A stretch of 64,000 nucleotides of DNA, from assembly GCA_028695965.1 (NCBI GenBank), contig JAQVHZ010000002.1, positions 24,001 through 88,000 of the forward strand, in the 5' to 3' direction. Positions 53,669 to 63,586 of this stretch are shown in pieces. The DNA is from Thermoguttaceae bacterium. GTDB taxonomy: Bacteria > Planctomycetota > Planctomycetia > Pirellulales > Thermoguttaceae. Each line of letters starts with the position of its first letter. Within the stretch, counting starts at the first letter, position 1. The translations under genes were made by a program, and so were the position numbers. The notes under the pieces were generated by a model that saw only the letters and a list, made by a program, of their open reading frames with translations, ran no database searches and was not told the DNA's origin.

Positions 53669-54703
53669 ATGGATCCGTCGTTTTACTTTACCGACCATGA
53701 CGATGAGCTCAGCGAAGCCATTGAGGAAGGGCGGAAGCGTCGTTTTGTCAAGCGTTTTGTCGTCTTTGCGGTGATCCTGGCGCTTTTGGGCGGCGTCGCG
53801 TTGTTTGTGACTCAGCGTTATTTTTCGCCGATCGACCCTGCGAAAGCGACGAAGGACAAAGCGGTCAGCTGGCTTGTGCTGCGCGATTTGAGCAAAGAGC
53901 CTGCGGAGACGCGCGAACAGCTCTTCGAAATGTACATAGGAAACGTCTCGGTTCCCGAATCGACGGACGCCGAAGGGGCGGTCTACGCTTTGCCGAAGTC
54001 TGTCCAGAAGTTTTCGGGTATGTTTTTGTCCGGCCGAGACGAAAAAGTCGCGGCTTGGCGCAAGAAAACGCGTCGCCTTCCCGCCCTTCGAGTCGACTAT
54101 ATCGTTTCCGGGTCCGACGAGCGCGCCGGTCAATACGTAACGTCGAGCGACGTCGTTCCTGGTCCTGCGCTTGTGGAGCGTTGGGAAACGCGTCAGAAGG
54201 CGCTGGAATCTGGCAAAGGGCGCCAAAAGCCGACGAAAGCTGAAAGAAACGTTCAGCTACTCATTATGCAGTGGTTCGTATCGCGTTGCAAGACGTACGA
54301 CGCGACTCCCGACGTCTCGAAACGCGCGAAACTAGACGAACTGGCGCGCGACTTGCAGAACTTTCAGGATTTCTACAACAACATTCGCATCAGCGGCAAA
54401 AAAGACCCGTTGACCCGGTCGGAAATGCTGAGTGAATTCGAGATGACGATCGACAGCTGGCTCGAAGTGTCGACGCCCGAAGAGTTGGCAAAAGTTTTGT
54501 GGTTCAAAGATCTGCTTGTCGCGGTCGTCGTCCAGCAGATGAGCGGCGGCTCCGCAAGGCTTTTCGAGTATCCGCCCGTCATTCCGAAAAAATCAGCCCC
54601 CGCTGGTCCTGATAACTTGCAAGAGCGGAAAGACCGAGCCGACGCCGCGTTCAAAAAGGCGCTCGACAGCGTGAAAGGATACGCGTTCGGCAAGCAGGAA
54701 TGA
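53669..54703 (+). CDS. N-terminally membrane-anchored hypothetical protein
   Basis: 344 aa. TM helix FVVFAVILALLGGVALFV after an acidic/basic N-terminus. Balanced composition. The overlapping minus-strand ORF 53540-54226 is Arg-rich and shadow-like. Confidence 0.7.
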   Translation: MDPSFYFTDHDDELSEAIEEGRKRRFVKRFVVFAVILALLGGVALFVTQRYFSPIDPAKATKDKAVSWLVLRDLSKEPAETREQLFEMYIGNVSVPESTDAEGAVYALPKSVQKFSGMFLSGRDEKVAAWRKKTRRLPALRVDYIVSGSDERAGQYVTSSDVVPGPALVERWETRQKALESGKGRQKPTKAERNVQLLIMQWFVSRCKTYDATPDVSKRAKLDELARDLQNFQDFYNNIRISGKKDPLTRSEMLSEFEMTIDSWLEVSTPEELAKVLWFKDLLVAVVVQQMSGGSARLFEYPPVIPKKSAPAGPDNLQERKDRADAAFKKALDSVKGYAFGKQE

Positions 54704-54759
54704 ACGCTTGCCCATTGAGCTTGCACAAGAGCAATGTCGTTGACGTCATTAGAGAAAGA

Positions 54760-54802
54760 GGCGCGCCGCCTGGGGATTCCTCGGCGGCGCGCCGTCTTTT
54801 TT
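54760..54802 (+). terminator. rho-independent terminator overlapping the acnA stop codon
   Basis: GGCGCGCCGCC-(12-nt loop)-GGCGGCGCGCC followed by GTCTTTTTT. The T-run runs into the acnA TAA (54801-54803, minus strand). Confidence 0.6.
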
Positions 54803-57617
54803 AGCAGGTTGGAACGCCAGCGTTACTCAAGAGTTGACGCAAGACCGTTTGCAGGACGCCGCCGTTGTTGTAGTAGGCGAGCTCGACTTTTGTGTCGATA
54901 CGCGCGCGCGCGCTGAACTTGGTTACTTTGCCGAGCGTTTCGGGGTCGGTGGAGACGGCGGTAACTTCAATTTCGGAGCGCGGAACGAAATCGTCGCTCA
55001 GCTGCGGGATCGTGAATTGTTCGGAGCCGGTGAGACCGAGCGATTTCCAGCTTTCGCCGTTGACGAATTCGAGCGGCAGGACGCCCATACCGACGAGGTT
55101 GCCTCGGTGGATGCGCTCGAAACTCGACGCGACGACGGCGCGGACGCCGAGCAGGGTCGTGCCTTTGGCGGCCCAGTCGCGGCTGGAGCCGGTTCCGTAT
55201 TCGGAGCCCGCCAGGACGACGAGCGGGACGCCTTCTTCACGATACTTCATCGCGGCGTCGTAAACGCTCATGATCGGTCCGTCGTTAGCCGTCTTGCCGA
55301 AATATTTGGTAACGCCCCCTTCGGTTCCCGGCGCTAACAAGTTGCGGATTCGAATGTTCGCAAAGGTTCCCCGGGTCATGACTCGGTCGTTGCCTCGGCG
55401 CGAGCCGTAGCTGTTGAAGTCGCGGAATTCGACGCCGGCGTTCAGCAGGAACTCGCCCGCCGGGGAGTCTTTTTTGATCGCGCCCGCCGGGGAGATGTGG
55501 TCGGTCGTTACGGAATCGCCAAGACAGAGGAGCGCGCGCGCGTTTGCGATCGCCTCTTGCGGCTGCGCTTCTTTTGTCATTTCCGCCAAGAAGGGCGGCT
55601 CTTGGATGTACGCGCTCTTTTCGTCCCAGTCGTAGAGTTCGCTCGCGTCGGTCGGGATAGCGTTCCACAAAGGGTTCGAGTCGAAGATTCCGCGGTAATT
55701 TGCGGCGTAGACCTCTGCGTCGAGCGCGTCTTTGGCGATGGCGTCGATCTCTTCGTTCGTCGGGAAGATTTCCGACAGCATGACCGGCTTGCCGTCTTTG
55801 TCGGTTCTGATCGGTTCGGTCGTCATGTCGATATTGGTCGTTCCTGCGAGCGCGAACGCGACGACAAGGGGCGGGCTGGCAAGGTAGTTCGCCTTGACGA
55901 GCGGGTTGACGCGGCCTTCGAAGTTGCGGTTGCCGCTCAAGACGGCGGACGCGACAAGGTCGGCGTCAGTTACCGCCTTGGCGACCGGAGCCGGAAGAGG
56001 ACCGCTGTTCCCGATGCAGGTCAAGCAGCCGTATCCGACGACGTTGAAACCAAGCGCTTCGAGCGGTTGGAGCAGGTCGGCTTTTTTCAAGTAGTCGACG
56101 ACGACGCGCGAGCCGGGCCCGAAGCTGGTCTTGACGTACGATTTCGGCGCTAGTCCGCGTTCGACCGCTTTTTTCGCAAGGAGGCCCGCGGCGATCATGA
56201 GCCGCGGGGCGCTCGTGTTCGTGCAGCTGGTGATCGACGCGATGACGACGGCGCCTTGTCCAATTTCTTCTTGTCCGGTCTTAGGCAAGCGCGGGGACTC
56301 GGGGCAGTCGGACCCGTCCCAAACGACGGTCGCTTTTTTGTTCGCTTCTTCGTCGGTCAGCGCGAACCCGCGTTCGGCGATCGGAGCGCGGAGCGATTTC
56401 TGAAACGCGTTTTTCATCTCGGAGAGCGGAACGCGGTCTTGAGGACGTTTCGGGCCCGCGAGACTCGGTTCGACTGTCGACAGATCAAGAGCGAGGACTT
56501 TGGTATACGCCGGAGTCGGCGCGTCTGCGGCGCGGAAGAGACCCTGCGCTTTGGCGTACGCCTTGACAAGCGCAGCTTTTTCGGGGGCGCGACCCGTGTC
56601 GCGCAGGAATTGGATTGTCTTGTCGTCGATTGGGAAGAACCCGGTCGTGGCGCCGTACTCGGGCCCCATATTCGCCAAGACGGCGCGGTCGGCGACGTCA
56701 AGATTCGCAGCGCCGTCCCCGAAATATTCGACGAATTTGCCGACGACGCCTTCTTGGCGCAGCAGCTGGACGATCATCAGGGCGAGATCCGTTCCGGTAA
56801 CGCCGCTCGGCAATTTGCCCGTGAGTTCGAACCCGACGACTTGCGGCGCGAGCATATAGTACGGCTGACCGAGCATGACCGCTTCCGCCTCAATGCCGCC
56901 GACGCCCCAGCCGAGCACGCCAAGCCCGTTGATCATGACGGTGTGGCTGTCGGTCCCGACAACGCTGTCCGGATAGAGGACGCCGTCGAGCCCTGCGGCT
57001 TTTATCGTATCGCAGGAGGATTCGCAGACGACTTCGCCGAGGAATTCCAAGTTGACTTGGTGGATGATTCCGACGGCTGGCGGAACGACGCGGAAGTTGT
57101 CGATCGAACGCTGCGCCCAGCGGAGCAGGGAGTAGCGTTCGGCGTTGCGTTCGAATTCCAGCTCGACGTTCTTTTGGAGCGCGTCGTTGGAGCCGAAATA
57201 ATCCGTTTGGATCGAGTGGTCGATAACGGCGTCGACGGGAATGAGCGGATTGATCTTGTTCGGGTCTCCTCCGAGCCTCTTCATCGCCGAGCGCATCGCG
57301 GCCAGGTCGACGACGGCGGGAACGCCGGTGAAGTCCTGCAAGATGACGCGCGCGGGCTTGAATGGAATTTCGATCGTCTGTTCGAGCTTAGGCGTCCACG
57401 CGGCAAGGCTCTTGACGTCCTCTTCGGAGACGGCGAAGTTGTCGCAGTTGCGCAAGGTCGCTTCTAGGAGCACGCGAATTGAATAGGGAAGGGCCGAGAG
57501 GTTGGTCAGTCCGCGTTCTTCCAACGCGCTGAGTTTGTAATAGCCGTATTTTTTACCATTTACGTTCAAGACGTCGAACGAGTTGAAATAATCGCGACCC
57601 GAAATAGCGTCGGTCAT
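54801..57617 (-). CDS. acnA: aconitate hydratase A
   Basis: 938 aa. Fe-S ligand contexts '[11 protein letters not shown]' and '[10 protein letters not shown]'. Also 'VVGTDSHT' and '[10 protein letters not shown]'. AGGAG upstream. Confidence 0.97.
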   Translation of the reverse strand: MTDAISGRDYFNSFDVLNVNGKKYGYYKLSALEERGLTNLSALPYSIRVLLEATLRNCDNFAVSEEDVKSLAAWTPKLEQTIEIPFKPARVILQDFTGVPAVVDLAAMRSAMKRLGGDPNKINPLIPVDAVIDHSIQTDYFGSNDALQKNVELEFERNAERYSLLRWAQRSIDNFRVVPPAVGIIHQVNLEFLGEVVCESSCDTIKAAGLDGVLYPDSVVGTDSHTVMINGLGVLGWGVGGIEAEAVMLGQPYYMLAPQVVGFELTGKLPSGVTGTDLALMIVQLLRQEGVVGKFVEYFGDGAANLDVADRAVLANMGPEYGATTGFFPIDDKTIQFLRDTGRAPEKAALVKAYAKAQGLFRAADAPTPAYTKVLALDLSTVEPSLAGPKRPQDRVPLSEMKNAFQKSLRAPIAERGFALTDEEANKKATVVWDGSDCPESPRLPKTGQEEIGQGAVVIASITSCTNTSAPRLMIAAGLLAKKAVERGLAPKSYVKTSFGPGSRVVVDYLKKADLLQPLEALGFNVVGYGCLTCIGNSGPLPAPVAKAVTDADLVASAVLSGNRNFEGRVNPLVKANYLASPPLVVAFALAGTTNIDMTTEPIRTDKDGKPVMLSEIFPTNEEIDAIAKDALDAEVYAANYRGIFDSNPLWNAIPTDASELYDWDEKSAYIQEPPFLAEMTKEAQPQEAIANARALLCLGDSVTTDHISPAGAIKKDSPAGEFLLNAGVEFRDFNSYGSRRGNDRVMTRGTFANIRIRNLLAPGTEGGVTKYFGKTANDGPIMSVYDAAMKYREEGVPLVVLAGSEYGTGSSRDWAAKGTTLLGVRAVVASSFERIHRGNLVGMGVLPLEFVNGESWKSLGLTGSEQFTIPQLSDDFVPRSEIEVTAVSTDPETLGKVTKFSARARIDTKVELAYYNNGGVLQTVLRQLLSNAGVPTC

Positions 57618-57687
57618 TGAGCGTCTCCTAATGTAGTGTTTATGCTTGATGGCGTCGACTCTCTTGCGCGACGCGATTTTTCCGATG

Positions 57688-57715
57688 ATTCTACACGAAT
57701 TCTGACAATATTCAA
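57688..57715 (-). promoter_or_regulatory. sigma70-like promoter candidate for acnA
   Basis: Minus strand reads TTGAAT, 16-nt spacer, TAGAAT, ~65 nt upstream of the ATG at 57617. Confidence 0.45.
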
Positions 57716-57753
57716 GCGTAACGGGCGCGCCTTGATTCGGGGCGTCCGCAAGA

Positions 57754-57787
57754 AATAAAAAAAGCCGCTTTCAATGAAAACGGCTTT
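57754..57787 (-). terminator. weak terminator-like hairpin after the tRNA
   Basis: Minus strand reads AAAGCCG-(13-nt loop)-CGGCTTT followed by TTTTTATTT. The stem is short and A/T-rich. Confidence 0.35.
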
Positions 57788-57790
57788 GAG

Positions 57791-57863
57791 TGGCGGGGGC
57801 AGGACTTGAACCTACGACCTCAAGGTTATGAGCCTCGCGAGCTACCAACTGCTCCACCCCGCG
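57791..57863 (-). tRNA. tRNA-Met (anticodon CAT), initiator-like; CCA not encoded
   Basis: Hand-folded cloverleaf: CGCGGGG-TG-GAGC-AGTTGGTA-GCTC-G-CGAGG-CTCATAA-CCTTG-AGGTC-GTAGG-TTCAAGT-CCTGC-CCCCGCC-A. C1xC72 mismatch and A11:U24 are initiator hallmarks, but only two of the three G:C pairs close the anticodon stem. Confidence 0.9.
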
Positions 57864-57906
57864 ATCCTTAACGCTGAAAGGCGCTCTTGCGTCTCTCAAC
57901 GACCCC

Positions 57907-57934
57907 ATTGTAACAGAGGTTCGAGGATTGTCGA
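57907..57934 (-). promoter_or_regulatory. sigma70-like promoter candidate for the tRNA
   Basis: Minus strand reads TCGACA, 16-nt spacer, TACAAT, ~40 nt upstream of the tRNA 5' end. Confidence 0.4.
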
Positions 57935-58327
57935 GAGGGAAATTTTCATTTTCTTGAGAATTTGCGCGTTCTGCTGCGGCAAATCACAAAGAAGAGAAGA
58001 CCTTTGCTGCAGAACTCTTGACTTTGAGCAGAGTTGTTTTTAGCGCCCAATTGGGAGAAATTTTAACGCAGTCTCATATCGCTAACGTTTTTAATGGTCA
58101 AGGTTTAGAATATGACGATTCCTGTCTGAAAATTATCTTTCTCGAGACGCCGAGCAAAAACTCTGTAAAAAAGTTGCATTTCATCTTTGCTGACGATACA
58201 ATTGATTCCATATGCGTTAGGCGGCGCGTCGAGTCGCGCTTACGCGGCGCGCCGATTTGACGTCGCCTTTTCGCGCATCCACGACCTGCATTTTGAATAA
58301 CAGTCGTCCTAGAAAGCGAGGCCCTGT

Positions 58328-59725
58328 ATGATGAAAAAAGTTTATTTACTCTTAGCGTTCTTGTGCGCGTCGAGCGTCGCGTTGGCGCAAGATTCCGAGC
58401 AACCGACGACCTACGACCCTGACGCGACGGCAGAGTCGCTCGGACTCGAGCCGTATCGCGCGCCGGAAGGCTTGTTCCCGATCTTCCCCTGGGACCACTT
58501 AGCAAGCTGGGGCGAACAATATCAGCCGCTCGAAGAGGGGATCAAGTCGATGGCGGAATGCAGCTGCACGCTTTCGGGCTTTGTCGCCGACGAACGCGGC
58601 GTCCAGATTGCGAAGGAGAACGGCTTGAAATGCATCTATGAATTGAACATAGACACGTTCGACGAACGCAATTTCACCGAAGAAGAGATCCAAGAGAAGA
58701 TCGCGAACCTCGATTTACACATTAAAGAGCGCGTCGAGTCGACGAAAGACGATCCCGACGTCATCGGCTACAACCTGCGCGACGAGCCGGGCGCCTACCA
58801 TTTTCGGTGCTTGGCTGCCGCCGTTGCCTCGGTGAAGAAGTATGCGCCGGGCAAATTGGCGTATATCAATTTGTTCCCCGGCTATGCGTCGACGATCGGC
58901 GCGAACGTCGATTCGCAGCTTGGAACGCATACGTATCGCGAGTATCTCGAACGATTCGTTCAAGAGGTCAAGCCGCAGTTGATCAGCTATGATAATTATA
59001 TGGTCGAGTACTCGGACGATTTGCGCAATCTCGAGCGGGGCGTCAGCCATTTTGCCGACCTGTTCGAAGTTCGGGACGTCGCGCAGAAATACGAACTGCC
59101 GTTCTGGTACATTGGCAGCAGCCTGTGCATTATGCCAGATTCGTCGCCGCCCAGCCCGACCCGGTATGCGTATCAGATGTACACCGCGCTCGCCGCAGGA
59201 GCCGAAGGAATCACCTGGTTCCTCTATTATCCGCTCGGATGGAAAGAGAGTCCGGTCGACCAACAAGGGAAGAAGACGATCTCTTGGTCCTATATGCGCG
59301 CGATCAACGAGCAGATGAAATCGCTCGGAACCTACTTGCTCGGATATGAGAACGCCGCTTGCGGCATGACGCCGTTGTATACGCAAGAAGAAGCGCCGAA
59401 TTTGCCGCAGTTCCCGGCGCTGCCCGACAACGTCCTGAAAAACGTCAGTATAAAATTCTCGGGGAACGCAACGAACTATGAATCGGGACCGAAGCTGATG
59501 ATTGGCGAGTTCAAGCAAAAAGACGGTGAAAACGTCGCCGCGCTCGCTGTCAATTTGAATATCTCGATCTCGGAAAGGCTTTACTTCGAGTTCCCCGACG
59601 GGTATAAGACCCTCAAAGTCGTTTCTCCTGTCGACGGTTCCGAATCGGTCGTTTCCGACGAGCGAGTCAAGGACGGATTCTGGATTTTGCCCGGGCACGG
59701 AAGGCTCTTTGTCTTTGAGAAATGA
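58328..59725 (+). CDS. secreted clan GH-A-like TIM-barrel glycoside hydrolase candidate, paralogue 1
   Basis: 465 aa. Signal peptide MMKKVYLLLAFLCASSVALA/QD. 'NLRDEPGAYHF' is acid/base-like (NEP-type) and 'AAGAEGITWFLYY' is nucleophile-like. The family is not identified by name. Confidence 0.85.
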   Translation: MMKKVYLLLAFLCASSVALAQDSEQPTTYDPDATAESLGLEPYRAPEGLFPIFPWDHLASWGEQYQPLEEGIKSMAECSCTLSGFVADERGVQIAKENGLKCIYELNIDTFDERNFTEEEIQEKIANLDLHIKERVESTKDDPDVIGYNLRDEPGAYHFRCLAAAVASVKKYAPGKLAYINLFPGYASTIGANVDSQLGTHTYREYLERFVQEVKPQLISYDNYMVEYSDDLRNLERGVSHFADLFEVRDVAQKYELPFWYIGSSLCIMPDSSPPSPTRYAYQMYTALAAGAEGITWFLYYPLGWKESPVDQQGKKTISWSYMRAINEQMKSLGTYLLGYENAACGMTPLYTQEEAPNLPQFPALPDNVLKNVSIKFSGNATNYESGPKLMIGEFKQKDGENVAALAVNLNISISERLYFEFPDGYKTLKVVSPVDGSESVVSDERVKDGFWILPGHGRLFVFEK

Positions 59726-59797
59726 ACGCTGCGTCGATCGTCAAAAAGCTAATGGCAGCAAGATGAATAACAGTCGTTTTAGAAAGCGAGACTCCCT

Positions 59798-61234
59798 ATG
59801 TTGAAGAAAGCTTTTTTACTCTTGGCGCTCTTGTGCGCGTCGAGCGCCGCGTGGGCGCAAGATCCCGATCAGCCGACAACCTACGACCCCAACGCGACGG
59901 CAGAGTCGCTTGGGCTCGAGCCGTATCGCGCCCCGGAAGGTTTTTTCCCGATCTTTCCCTGGGATCATACGGCAAACTGGGTCGGCTCGTTTCAGTCGCT
60001 GGAAGAAGGGTTCAAGTCGATGGCGGAATGCAGCTGCACGCTTTCGTCTTTTGTCGACGACGAACGGGGCGTCCAGGCTGCGAAAGAGAACGGCTTGAAA
60101 TGCATCTATGAAATCCGTCTGGATCCGTCCGATAAGAGCGACGGAAATCGCCGCGGCTCGTTCGAAACGCGCAATCTAACCGAGGAAGAGATTCAAGAGC
60201 AGACCGCGAACCTCGATTTGGTCATTAAAGAGCGCGTCGAGTCGACGAAAGACGATCCCGACGTCATTGGCTACTACCTGTGCGACGAGCCGGGCGCCTA
60301 TCATTTTCGGCTTTTGGGGACCGCCGTCGCCGCCGTGAAGAAATACGCGCCGGGCAAATTGGCGTATATCAATTTGTACCCCGGCTATGCGTCGACGATC
60401 GGCGCGGACGTCGATTCGCAGCTCGGCACGCACACGTTTCGCGAGTATCTGGAACGATTCGTTCAAGAGGTCAAGCCGCAGTTTATCAGCTACGACAACT
60501 ATATGATCGAGTACTCGGACGATTTGCGCAATATCGGCCGCGGCGTCAGCCATTTTGTCGATCTGTTTGAAATTCGGGACGTCGCGCAGAAATACGAACT
60601 GCCGTTCTGGTATATCGGGAGCAGCTTGAATATTATGGAAGAGTCGTCGCCGCCGAGCCCAATGCGCTACGCGTACCAGATGTACACGGCGCTCGCCGCA
60701 GGGGCGGAAGGAATCACCTGGTTCCTCTATTATCCGCCCGAGCCCGAGTGGAGGGATGGGCCGGTCGACGACCAGGAGGGCAAGACCGTCTATTGGCTCT
60801 ATATGCGCGAGATCAACGAACAGATGAAAGCGCTTGGAACCTATTTGCTCGCGTATAAGAACGTCGCTTGCGGGATGACGCCGTTGTATTCGCCAGAAGA
60901 AGCGCCGAATTTGCCGCAATTCCCCGCGCTGCCCGACAACGTCTTGAAAAACGTCAGCATAAAATTCTCGGGGAACGCTTCAACATTTGAATCGGAACCG
61001 AAGCTGATGATTGGCGAGTTTAAGCAAAAAGAGGGCGAGAATGTTGCGGCTCTTGCCGTCAACTTGAATATTTCGATCTCGGAGAGGATTTACTTCGAAT
61101 TGCCCGACGGGTACAAGACGCTCAAAGTCGTCTCGCCTATCGACGGTTCCGAAACAGTTGTTACCGACGAGCAACTCAAAGATGGATTCTGGATTTTGCC
61201 CGGCCATGGAAAGCTCTTTGTCTTTGAGAAATGA
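59798..61234 (+). CDS. secreted clan GH-A-like TIM-barrel glycoside hydrolase candidate, paralogue 2
   Basis: 478 aa, highly similar to paralogue 1 along its full length. Carries a 'RLDPSDKSDGNRRGSFETRN' indel shared with paralogue 3. Confidence 0.85.
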   Translation: MLKKAFLLLALLCASSAAWAQDPDQPTTYDPNATAESLGLEPYRAPEGFFPIFPWDHTANWVGSFQSLEEGFKSMAECSCTLSSFVDDERGVQAAKENGLKCIYEIRLDPSDKSDGNRRGSFETRNLTEEEIQEQTANLDLVIKERVESTKDDPDVIGYYLCDEPGAYHFRLLGTAVAAVKKYAPGKLAYINLYPGYASTIGADVDSQLGTHTFREYLERFVQEVKPQFISYDNYMIEYSDDLRNIGRGVSHFVDLFEIRDVAQKYELPFWYIGSSLNIMEESSPPSPMRYAYQMYTALAAGAEGITWFLYYPPEPEWRDGPVDDQEGKTVYWLYMREINEQMKALGTYLLAYKNVACGMTPLYSPEEAPNLPQFPALPDNVLKNVSIKFSGNASTFESEPKLMIGEFKQKEGENVAALAVNLNISISERIYFELPDGYKTLKVVSPIDGSETVVTDEQLKDGFWILPGHGKLFVFEK

Positions 61235-61288
61235 ACGTTATTAACAGCAGCAAGACAAACAACAGTCGTTTTACAAAGCGAGGTCCCT

Positions 61289-62713
61289 ATGATGAAGAAA
61301 GCTTTTTTACTCCTGGCGTTCTTATGCGCGTCGAGCGCCGCGTTGGCGCAAGACTCCGACCAGCCGCAGACGTACGACCCTAACGCGACGGCAGAGTCGC
61401 TTGGGCTCGAGCCGTATCGCGCGCCCGAAGGATTTTTCCCGGTCTTTCCCTGGGATCATTTTGACGAATGGGGCGACATATTTCAGTCGCTCGAAGAGGG
61501 ATTCAAGTCGATGGCGGAATGCAACTGCACGCTTTCGTCTTTCGTCGACGACGAACGAGGCGTTCAGGCTGCAAAAGAGAACGGCTTGAAATGCATCTAC
61601 GAACTGCGTCTGGATCCGTCGGACAAGAGCGACGGAAATCGTCAGGGCTCGTTCGACGCTCGTAATTTCTCCGAAGAAGAGATCCAAGAGCAGATCGCGA
61701 GGCTCGACGCGCTTATTAAAGAGCAGGTCGAGTTGACGAAAGACGATCCCGACGTTATTGGCTACTACCTGTGCGACGAGCCGGGCTCCTATCATTTTCG
61801 GCTTTTAGCAGTTGCCGTTGACGCCGTGAAGAAATACGCGCCGGGCAAATTGGCGTATATCAATTTGTTCCCCGGGTACGCGTCGACGATCGGCGCCAAC
61901 GTCGACTCCCAGCTTGGCACATATTCGTATCGCGAGTATCTGGAACGATTTGTTCAAGAGGTCAAGCCGCAGTTGCTCAGCTACGACAACTATATGCTTG
62001 ATTATTCGGACAATATGCGCAACATCCATCGAGGCGTCAGGCATTTTATCGATCTGTTCGAAGTTCGTGCCGTCGCGCAGAAATACGACCTGCCGTTCTG
62101 GTTTATTGGGAGCAGTATGTGTCTCAGGGACGAATCGTCGCCTGCCGGCCCAATGCGTTACGCGTATCAGATGTATACGGCGCTCGCCGCAGGGGCGGAA
62201 GGAATCACTTGGTTCCTCTTTTATCCGCGCGAGGAGGGCGGGACCCCGATCGACGAGTATGGGAACAAGACCGTCTATTGGTCCTATCTGCGCGTTATCA
62301 ACGAACAGATGAAAGCGCTCGGAACCTATTTGCTTGCGTACGCGAACACCGCGTGCGGAATGACCCCGTTATATACGCCGGAAGAAGCGCCGAATTTGCC
62401 GCAATTCCCGGAGCTGCCCGATAACGTTCTGAGGAACGTCCGCTTGAAATATTCTGGGTACGCCGAAGCGTTGGAGCCGAAATTAATGATTGGGGAGTTT
62501 GCACAAAAAGACGGTGAAAACGTCGCCGCGCTTGCCGTCAATTTGAATACGTCGGCGACGGAGAGGCTCTACTTCGAGTTTCCCGAAGGCTATAAGACGC
62601 TGAAAGTCGTCTCGCCCATCGACGGTTCTGAATCGGTTGTTACCGACAAGCAATTCGAGCGGGGATTTTGGATTTTGCCTGGTCATGGCGTTCTCTTCGT
62701 CTTTGAGAAATGA
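61289..62713 (+). CDS. secreted clan GH-A-like TIM-barrel glycoside hydrolase candidate, paralogue 3
   Basis: 474 aa with the same architecture. It is the most diverged in the 'FYPREEGGTPIDEYGNKT' loop and in the C-terminal beta-rich domain. Confidence 0.85.
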   Translation: MMKKAFLLLAFLCASSAALAQDSDQPQTYDPNATAESLGLEPYRAPEGFFPVFPWDHFDEWGDIFQSLEEGFKSMAECNCTLSSFVDDERGVQAAKENGLKCIYELRLDPSDKSDGNRQGSFDARNFSEEEIQEQIARLDALIKEQVELTKDDPDVIGYYLCDEPGSYHFRLLAVAVDAVKKYAPGKLAYINLFPGYASTIGANVDSQLGTYSYREYLERFVQEVKPQLLSYDNYMLDYSDNMRNIHRGVRHFIDLFEVRAVAQKYDLPFWFIGSSMCLRDESSPAGPMRYAYQMYTALAAGAEGITWFLFYPREEGGTPIDEYGNKTVYWSYLRVINEQMKALGTYLLAYANTACGMTPLYTPEEAPNLPQFPELPDNVLRNVRLKYSGYAEALEPKLMIGEFAQKDGENVAALAVNLNTSATERLYFEFPEGYKTLKVVSPIDGSESVVTDKQFERGFWILPGHGVLFVFEK

Positions 62714-62820
62714 ACGTTGCGGCAATAGAAAACGCCCGGCGTTCTTGACGCCATAGATTATAGGACTAGCAGATTCTGTAAGCGTCAGACTCAGACGCCG
62801 CTATTGTCGAGCGCGCGATA

Positions 62821-63564
62821 TTACGCTTCTTTCACGAAATAGGAACGATAGACGGGTAGCTCGTTGAGGCGCGTGCGCCGTTCGAAGTGCGTGTGGAAAT
62901 CGAGCGTACCCGTCGAGGGGCGTTCGAGGACCGAATAGGGACCGGAGAGGGAGGTCGATAATTTGATATTATCGACGCCCGAGCGGAAGTATTCTTCGAC
63001 GTCGGTCCAGAAATGGAGTTTTCCGCTGGGCGCAAGCCGATCTTCGATCATTTTGACGACGTCGGGTCGAACGATTCGGCGTTTCCGGTGCGCTTTTTTC
63101 CACCACGGGTCGGGGAAATAGATATGCACGCCGACTAAGGAGTTCAGGGGCGTTATCTCGCGCAAGACGCGCGCGGCGTCGGCGCTCATGACGACGCCGT
63201 TGGGCGTCTCCTGCTTGGCGAGTCTGGACGCGGAGACGAGCGCGTACCGATACGCGATCTCGACGCCGAGGAAGTTTCGGTCCGGATTGGATTTTGCCGC
63301 TTCGGCAAGGAAGAGCCCTTTGCCCGAGCCAATTTCAAGCTCCATCGGAGCGACGCGCCCGAAGATTTTTTGCGAGAACTCCTCGCCGCTCAGCCCGGCA
63401 AGGGACGCATATTCGACGCGCTTGACCTTATCGGCGCCGTCGCCCGGCTGCGCCAAAGCGGTCGTTTCCGGGTCGACTTCTTTCATGAACTCGACTTCCA
63501 TCGGGATGAAGTAACGGGTCAGGTCGCGATTCGCTTGGATCTCTTGGAGCGAGCGTCTTGGCAT
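62821..63564 (-). CDS. trmB: tRNA (guanine46-N7)-methyltransferase
   Basis: 247 aa. SAM motif 'LEIGSGKGLFLAEAAKSNPDRNFLGVEI'. Also 'HIYFPDPWWKKAHRKRR' and 'LHFWTD'. Confidence 0.9.
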   Translation of the reverse strand: MPRRSLQEIQANRDLTRYFIPMEVEFMKEVDPETTALAQPGDGADKVKRVEYASLAGLSGEEFSQKIFGRVAPMELEIGSGKGLFLAEAAKSNPDRNFLGVEIAYRYALVSASRLAKQETPNGVVMSADAARVLREITPLNSLVGVHIYFPDPWWKKAHRKRRIVRPDVVKMIEDRLAPSGKLHFWTDVEEYFRSGVDNIKLSTSLSGPYSVLERPSTGTLDFHTHFERRTRLNELPVYRSYFVKEA

Positions 63565-63586
63565 CTTTTAACTCCGCAGCGTTAAC

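Larger units (their letters stand above)
58295..62713 (+). repeat. tandem triplication (~1.47 and ~1.49 kb units) of a gene plus its leader
   Basis: Three head-to-tail paralogues. Each is preceded by the conserved leader (g/c)aa(t/c)aacagtcgt(c/t)(c/t)ta(g/c)aaagcgag(g/a)(c/t)cc(c/t). The 'aacagtcgt' anchor is at 58299, 59769 and 61261. Confidence 0.9.

Noticed and set aside
53540-54226. 228-aa minus-strand ORF overlapping the start of the 53669 gene
   Set aside because: Arg-rich shadow-like composition. The plus-strand ORF has balanced composition, a TM anchor and a terminator.
56256-57467. 403-aa plus-strand ORF antisense to acnA
   Set aside because: It lies inside the unambiguous aconitase frame.
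57828-58043. 71-aa plus-strand ORF
   Set aside because: It begins inside the tRNA-Met gene on the opposite strand. No coding features.
58715-59698. 327-aa minus-strand ORF (and its counterparts 60176-60919 and 61322-61795) antisense to the triplicated paralogues
   Set aside because: It recurs only because the sense genes are paralogous. Composition is Arg-rich and there is no start or signal context.
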